Shown here one piece after another: positions 59,754 to 64,000 of a DNA stretch of 64,000 bases. How positions within the stretch are numbered: position 1 is the first letter of the stretch; the number at the start of each line of letters is the position of its first letter. Made by a program: the position numbers and the translations under genes. The notes beneath the pieces were generated by a model. That model did no database searches. It saw nothing but the letters and a program-made list of their open reading frames with translations, and was not told the origin of the DNA. Location: IMG/VR virus record IMGVR_UViG_3300020473_000010, positions 1 to 64,000 of that record. One strand, 5' to 3'.

Positions 59754-59795
59754 AAAATGATTATCCGCGGTTATAAAAAATTTATTTATATAATA

Positions 59796-59824
59796 AATTT
59801 AATTCATTTTGCGGAGTTTTACAC
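59796..59824 (-). promoter_or_regulatory. Phage promoter
   Basis: GTGTAA-17-TAAATT. Confidence 0.6.
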
Positions 59825-59826
59825 AG

Positions 59827-60210
59827 TTATTTCAATATTTTTATAAATTTTTCTGCGATTTGGTTTTCTATAGATTCTGTAAGAGGATTACCTTCTGTTT
59901 TGAGGCGGTGTAATTTATAATCCATATATTCAAAGGCAGATCTTAATCTATCTTCAGCCGTAGTAATTTTGTCTTGAACCCATCCGGGTAAATCATCTCC
60001 ATCCTGTAACCGGTCATGCAAAGATTGAGACCATTTTCCCATTCTGAAAAGTTTTGCTTTTGACATTCTACCTTCATGAGAATCTGATTTTACTTGGCCA
60101 TAGTCAAACATACGGCCATCTTCACTAGTATGCTCATATGGATATGAATCTATAGAGGCAGAACAAGCTTCTCTAATAATTTTTCTTAATTGACTTTTAG
60201 TAACCTTCAT
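59827..60210 (-). CDS. Leader-bearing protein with a conserved large-phage helical domain
   Basis: MKVTKSQLRKIIRE; HEGRM.K..L...LHD...D.DDLP.WVQ.KIT.A.D.L.SA..Y. Confidence 0.65.
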   Translation of the reverse strand: MKVTKSQLRKIIREACSASIDSYPYEHTSEDGRMFDYGQVKSDSHEGRMSKAKLFRMGKWSQSLHDRLQDGDDLPGWVQDKITTAEDRLRSAFEYMDYKLHRLKTEGNPLTESIENQIAEKFIKILK

Positions 60211-60493
60211 TCCAATCTACCCCTTTAGCTTTATCCTGGCCGGATTCATATCCTTCCATATAATCCTTACGATCTGGATATTCTGGTGAAAGGCCGTCGA
60301 CGGCATCTTCATATCCAAAACGAACCATCTCTTCATCCCAAGTTCCCTTCCAGTCATCTTTAAAGAATCCTCTTTTGACAACTCCACCCGGGCCATAAGG
60401 GTTTTCTCTATATGCTCCTCGGCTTCTGCCGGTATCGACATCTGATATAATTTCAGAAATAATTTTTTTAAGATTTCTTCTACTTATTTTCAT
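60197..60493 (-). CDS. Leader-bearing hypothetical protein
   Basis: MKISRRNLKKIISE; GY.DA..G...YM.GY motif also in 53331. Confidence 0.6.
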   Translation of the reverse strand: MKISRRNLKKIISEIISDVDTGRSRGAYRENPYGPGGVVKRGFFKDDWKGTWDEEMVRFGYEDAVDGLSPEYPDRKDYMEGYESGQDKAKGVDWNEGY

Positions 60494-60508
60494 TAATGTT
60501 AATTCCTT

Positions 60509-61426
60509 TTATGAAACTTGGGTTGTTATTCCGTGACCTTGATATTCTCTTTGAGAAGGAATCCATTTTTCTAATGCGGAATCAATATCTAAGTCTTTGA
60601 TTTTTATATTTCTAGCATTTTTTCCTAGAAACTGTTTATACCATTCAATAAACTTTACTTGCAATTCGTCATCTAGCATTTTTACATATTCATCATCAAT
60701 ATTAAAAAGTTCCAAAAATGGGGCGGTTCTAAACTTTACATCTGGTCTTTGGGCAACTAAATCAACCATATTATCAATTGCTTTGGCTGGTTTTTCTTCT
60801 TTCCCCATTAACCATTCGACTCCTTTTTTTGCCCATTTTAATACTTTGTTAACATCTTTGCCGAAACCGGCAATAGTACCCATGCCTGGAATATCTCCTA
60901 TTTTGGCAAACCAAGTGTCAGACCATTCCAGAATATTTTCCCATCCATCCAAATCTAAATCTGCGACAATTGTCCTAGCGTTTTTAATGATTCCTTCTGT
61001 CCAATCATCCAGAATTTCTGCAGTTTGTTCTGCCAATTCCATCATTGTTGTTTCTTTGTCGTTTAAAGAGTTTTTAAATACTCTTATATTTGAAGCTATA
61101 ACCTCTAAAGAAGCTTCGAATTCAGCCAGCCTTTTTCTTTCGTTTTCATCTTTTGTCGAAGTACCATCTTTTTTAACGACTTTTATCCATTTTGTAACTA
61201 TGCCTTCTAATTTCGAAATTTCTTCGAATAAAGGTTTTCTTTCAAGTTGGATTTTTTCTAATTCTTCTATTTTATCTAACATTTCTCCAACAGTTATATC
61301 TGCAGGAGGTATTCCTTCACCACCTTCTTTTAGAATTTTTACAGTATGCATACAATATATTGGAAGAACTTCTTCTACTAATATTGACGCTTTAAAATAT
61401 TGCCATCTTCTTTTTGATTCGTTCAT
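60509..61426 (-). CDS. Helical hypothetical protein
   Basis: Coiled-coil N-half; acidic. Confidence 0.55.
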   Translation of the reverse strand: MNESKRRWQYFKASILVEEVLPIYCMHTVKILKEGGEGIPPADITVGEMLDKIEELEKIQLERKPLFEEISKLEGIVTKWIKVVKKDGTSTKDENERKRLAEFEASLEVIASNIRVFKNSLNDKETTMMELAEQTAEILDDWTEGIIKNARTIVADLDLDGWENILEWSDTWFAKIGDIPGMGTIAGFGKDVNKVLKWAKKGVEWLMGKEEKPAKAIDNMVDLVAQRPDVKFRTAPFLELFNIDDEYVKMLDDELQVKFIEWYKQFLGKNARNIKIKDLDIDSALEKWIPSQREYQGHGITTQVS

Positions 61427-61437
61427 TTGATATAACC

Positions 61438-63096
61438 CTATTTCTTTTTGCCTGTTATAGCCCATTCCATAAATCGATTATGACGATCTTGTTCCAAGAC
61501 CAGAAGTTGAGCTGAATAAACAATGTGTTCTGGAAATAAATTTAATAATTCAGTTTTATCTATTTTTCCGGAAGCTAATGCTTTTTGGACTCTTTTAATT
61601 AATCTTTGATCTTTTGGATCCATTTGTGAAAGACTATCTAAAAACCTTCTGTGTTCTACGGAAGATGCTACCGCAATATCTCTTTCTTTTTCATCAGCAA
61701 ATTCTGAAGTTTTATAATCTTCATCTCTAAGATTTGAGTCATATGAACTAGCATCGGCCATTTGTCTTAAATCTGGCCTTGAAGAGTCTACAGGAGGTAA
61801 CAATCTAAATTCAACCGAATCAGTATACCCACCAAAAGTTGCGCTCATGGCCGCACTCATGAAACAAGGAGATTTTTGAGCAATAGTAATACCATAATCT
61901 GCACTCATTGATGCTTCTTTTCTTTTATATTTGCGAACGGCGGCGGCGCCAAAAGTTTTCTTTGCTATAGTGTGGGAGAGTTTGGTGAAAAACATGTCTT
62001 TTTGATGACTGGTAATTGATGCCGCGGCATCAAATTTACTTCCAAATATTTGAGCAGCAGGTATAAATTCTGTACCTTTATCTGCCCAAATCATCCAACC
62101 TTTTCCCCCAAGTCTTACAGCATAAAATTTAGCCCCTTTATACTCATCTGGGATTTTTTCATCATTTATTACAGGAATTTCTTCCCAAATACATGGGACT
62201 GTGCCGGTCTTTTTTATTGTAAATCTTCTTGTACTGGCAAAATCTCCAACTATTTGACCAGAAATACAACCTACTAAAACACCTGAAGCTCTTTGTTTTT
62301 TAATGCACAACCCTAATAAAGGACCTAAAAACACTGGGGATGAATCAACGCCGTGATTTTGGGTTAAAGAACCCTTAACGGAATAAAATTGATTACCGCC
62401 AATAAGGCCGTCGGCAAACATTGCATCCGGTGCATTTCCACCGCCTGTTGGGACAAGATTAACATTTATAGCATCAAATACATTCTGAGCTAAATCTTCA
62501 AATAAATCTCCGGTTGCGCCTTTATTTCCGACGAAACTATAAACCATATTTGAAAAAGATTGTAGATCATCTCTTAATTTTGTGTCTGTTTTCCCAGTGT
62601 TTTTATTGACTGAAGTTCCATCCCAACTAGGGGATATTCCAATTAAATTTCCTTGTTTAGGAAGATAAAAAGCTTCTTTTCCAATTTTGATTACCGCATG
62701 AGTTCTTTTACCAGATTTACCTGATCGAGCAGGAGTTGATCTTGAAGAAGATCCAGTACTTGCTGAAAAATCTGCAAATTGGTTTTTGAATGTTTCTAAT
62801 GAATTTAAATCAGAATCTGAAAAAACATGGTTTCCTGATTTTTTTAATTTTCCGATTTTTGATCTAGATCTACTAACTCCATTTTTGGCCATAGATTTGA
62901 GATCTTTAATATCAAATTTGGTTACGCCAGGTTCAATTCTAGATAACTTAGTTCTTTTTGGCAGGTCTTTAAACCCTAGTTGGTCAAGCTTGTCTCTTAA
63001 ATCATCGTTTTCTAACGAAGATAAACCTTCTGGATCAGATCGAAAATCATACTCTGATAACAAACGTTTTAAACTATATTTTTTCTGTTTAGACAT
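61438..63096 (-). CDS. Leader-bearing protein with possible PD-(D/E)xK nuclease domain
   Basis: MSKQKKYSLKRLLSE; GDLFEDLA...APDA..AD...YSVK. Confidence 0.5.
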   Translation of the reverse strand: MSKQKKYSLKRLLSEYDFRSDPEGLSSLENDDLRDKLDQLGFKDLPKRTKLSRIEPGVTKFDIKDLKSMAKNGVSRSRSKIGKLKKSGNHVFSDSDLNSLETFKNQFADFSASTGSSSRSTPARSGKSGKRTHAVIKIGKEAFYLPKQGNLIGISPSWDGTSVNKNTGKTDTKLRDDLQSFSNMVYSFVGNKGATGDLFEDLAQNVFDAINVNLVPTGGGNAPDAMFADGLIGGNQFYSVKGSLTQNHGVDSSPVFLGPLLGLCIKKQRASGVLVGCISGQIVGDFASTRRFTIKKTGTVPCIWEEIPVINDEKIPDEYKGAKFYAVRLGGKGWMIWADKGTEFIPAAQIFGSKFDAAASITSHQKDMFFTKLSHTIAKKTFGAAAVRKYKRKEASMSADYGITIAQKSPCFMSAAMSATFGGYTDSVEFRLLPPVDSSRPDLRQMADASSYDSNLRDEDYKTSEFADEKERDIAVASSVEHRRFLDSLSQMDPKDQRLIKRVQKALASGKIDKTELLNLFPEHIVYSAQLLVLEQDRHNRFMEWAITGKKK

Positions 63097-63912
63097 CTAA
63101 TTCTCCTTGAGAGGCCATATCATTTCCGAAGATATGCGTTGTAGTTTTCCATTCACAAGAATAATCCATTCTTCAGCTCCCCAGCCAAACCCATAAACAC
63201 ATTGAATAATTATACCAATCGCAACATTATTCCTGGGTAAATCTAATACTGAACCAATTCTAACTAAATCACCAGTATCTAGTATCATACAGGCTTGGAT
63301 AATTTTTTTACCATTGTACGCAAACATTCTTGTAGTATTCCATTAGATAATACTATATATTTCTTTTTTGTTTTGTGTCCTATGATAACCCCAATCTTCC
63401 ATAAATTACCAGCATCTTCTGGTTTCATCAGAAGCGCAATAGGAACTTCTGTCCAGTAAATTAATTCTCCTATTTCATGGCAGGCTGGATCCATTCTCCC
63501 TCCTTGTCACAAATTGGGTTTATAACTTGGATGTGTATCGACTGTAGGATACCATCAAACATGATATCCCACCATGCACCTTTAAATTCAGAATGAGGAC
63601 TTTCCCGGATTACTAATCCGTAGCTACAATTTGCACGAACTCCTGGACCTCTAACTTTCATTGCTGGTACTGCGACTAAGTCACCCTCCCTTGGAAACCA
63701 TCTAGACATAAGTGTTTGTTATACCATTTAAGTTGTTTAAGATGCGATGCATCAACTTCAACTAACTTTCCTCGTAACAAAACTGACCAAGAGACCATGA
63801 CGCTGTCATCCAAATTTGTTTTTTCCATGCAAACTACTAAACCAAAACCCGGCGATACATTTTGCATAAACAAGCCCCTTTTAACCCAAACTAATTCACC
63901 AACCGAAAACAC
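63097..63912 (-). repeat. Third cluster of SH3/KOW-like miniprotein genes (4)
   Basis: TGDLVRI, IGELIYW, EGDLVAV, VGELVWV ORFs. Confidence 0.7.
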
Positions 63913-64000
63913 ACAGCAAACCTCTTAAAATGACGTTAAATCAAAATAAATGATTCACGTATTAACGAAACTGTGGAACCGCCAATGAGAGCCTTGTATA

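Noticed and set aside
60597-61430. 277-aa plus-strand ORF and most other plus-strand ORFs in the track
   Set aside because: Antisense shadows of well-supported minus-strand genes; Ser/Phe/Ile-rich, with no RBS or motifs

Overview
AT-rich, gene-dense window with almost all genes on the minus strand. It looks like part of a jumbo bacteriophage genome; no capsid, terminase or polymerase gene lies in the window, so this is inference. A close homologue of the gliding protein CglF/GltF and a vWA/Ig lipoprotein point to a Myxococcota-like (possibly Bdellovibrionota) host. Recognisable genes: tmRNA, thymidine kinase, GMP reductase, adenylosuccinate synthetase, RadA/Sms-like ATPase, tRNA nucleotidyltransferase, SAM methyltransferase, JmjC oxygenase, TlpA-like thioredoxin, Smr and GIY-YIG proteins. 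Two large repetitive gene systems dominate. (1) About 40 genes carry a shared basic amphipathic peptide ending in (I/L)-x-E (MKxLRxYIRxxLLE or MK(I/L)TKRQLKRIIREE), mostly N-terminal, fused to unrelated cargo (HD hydrolase, zeta-toxin kinase, GNAT-like, ART-like, cysteine hydrolase, HAD, nuclease-like, HExxH). It resembles a T4-style capsid-targeting, protease-cleaved leader for a polymorphic set of virion-delivered effectors. (2) About 35-40 SH3/KOW-like 'MKVGDLV' miniprotein genes, many chained by a conserved 14-nt overlap junction. A GC-richer island at about 28.7-30.9 kb, bracketed by an exact 20-nt direct repeat, may mark a genome end or origin. Protein family calls are by motif recognition only; no searches were run.
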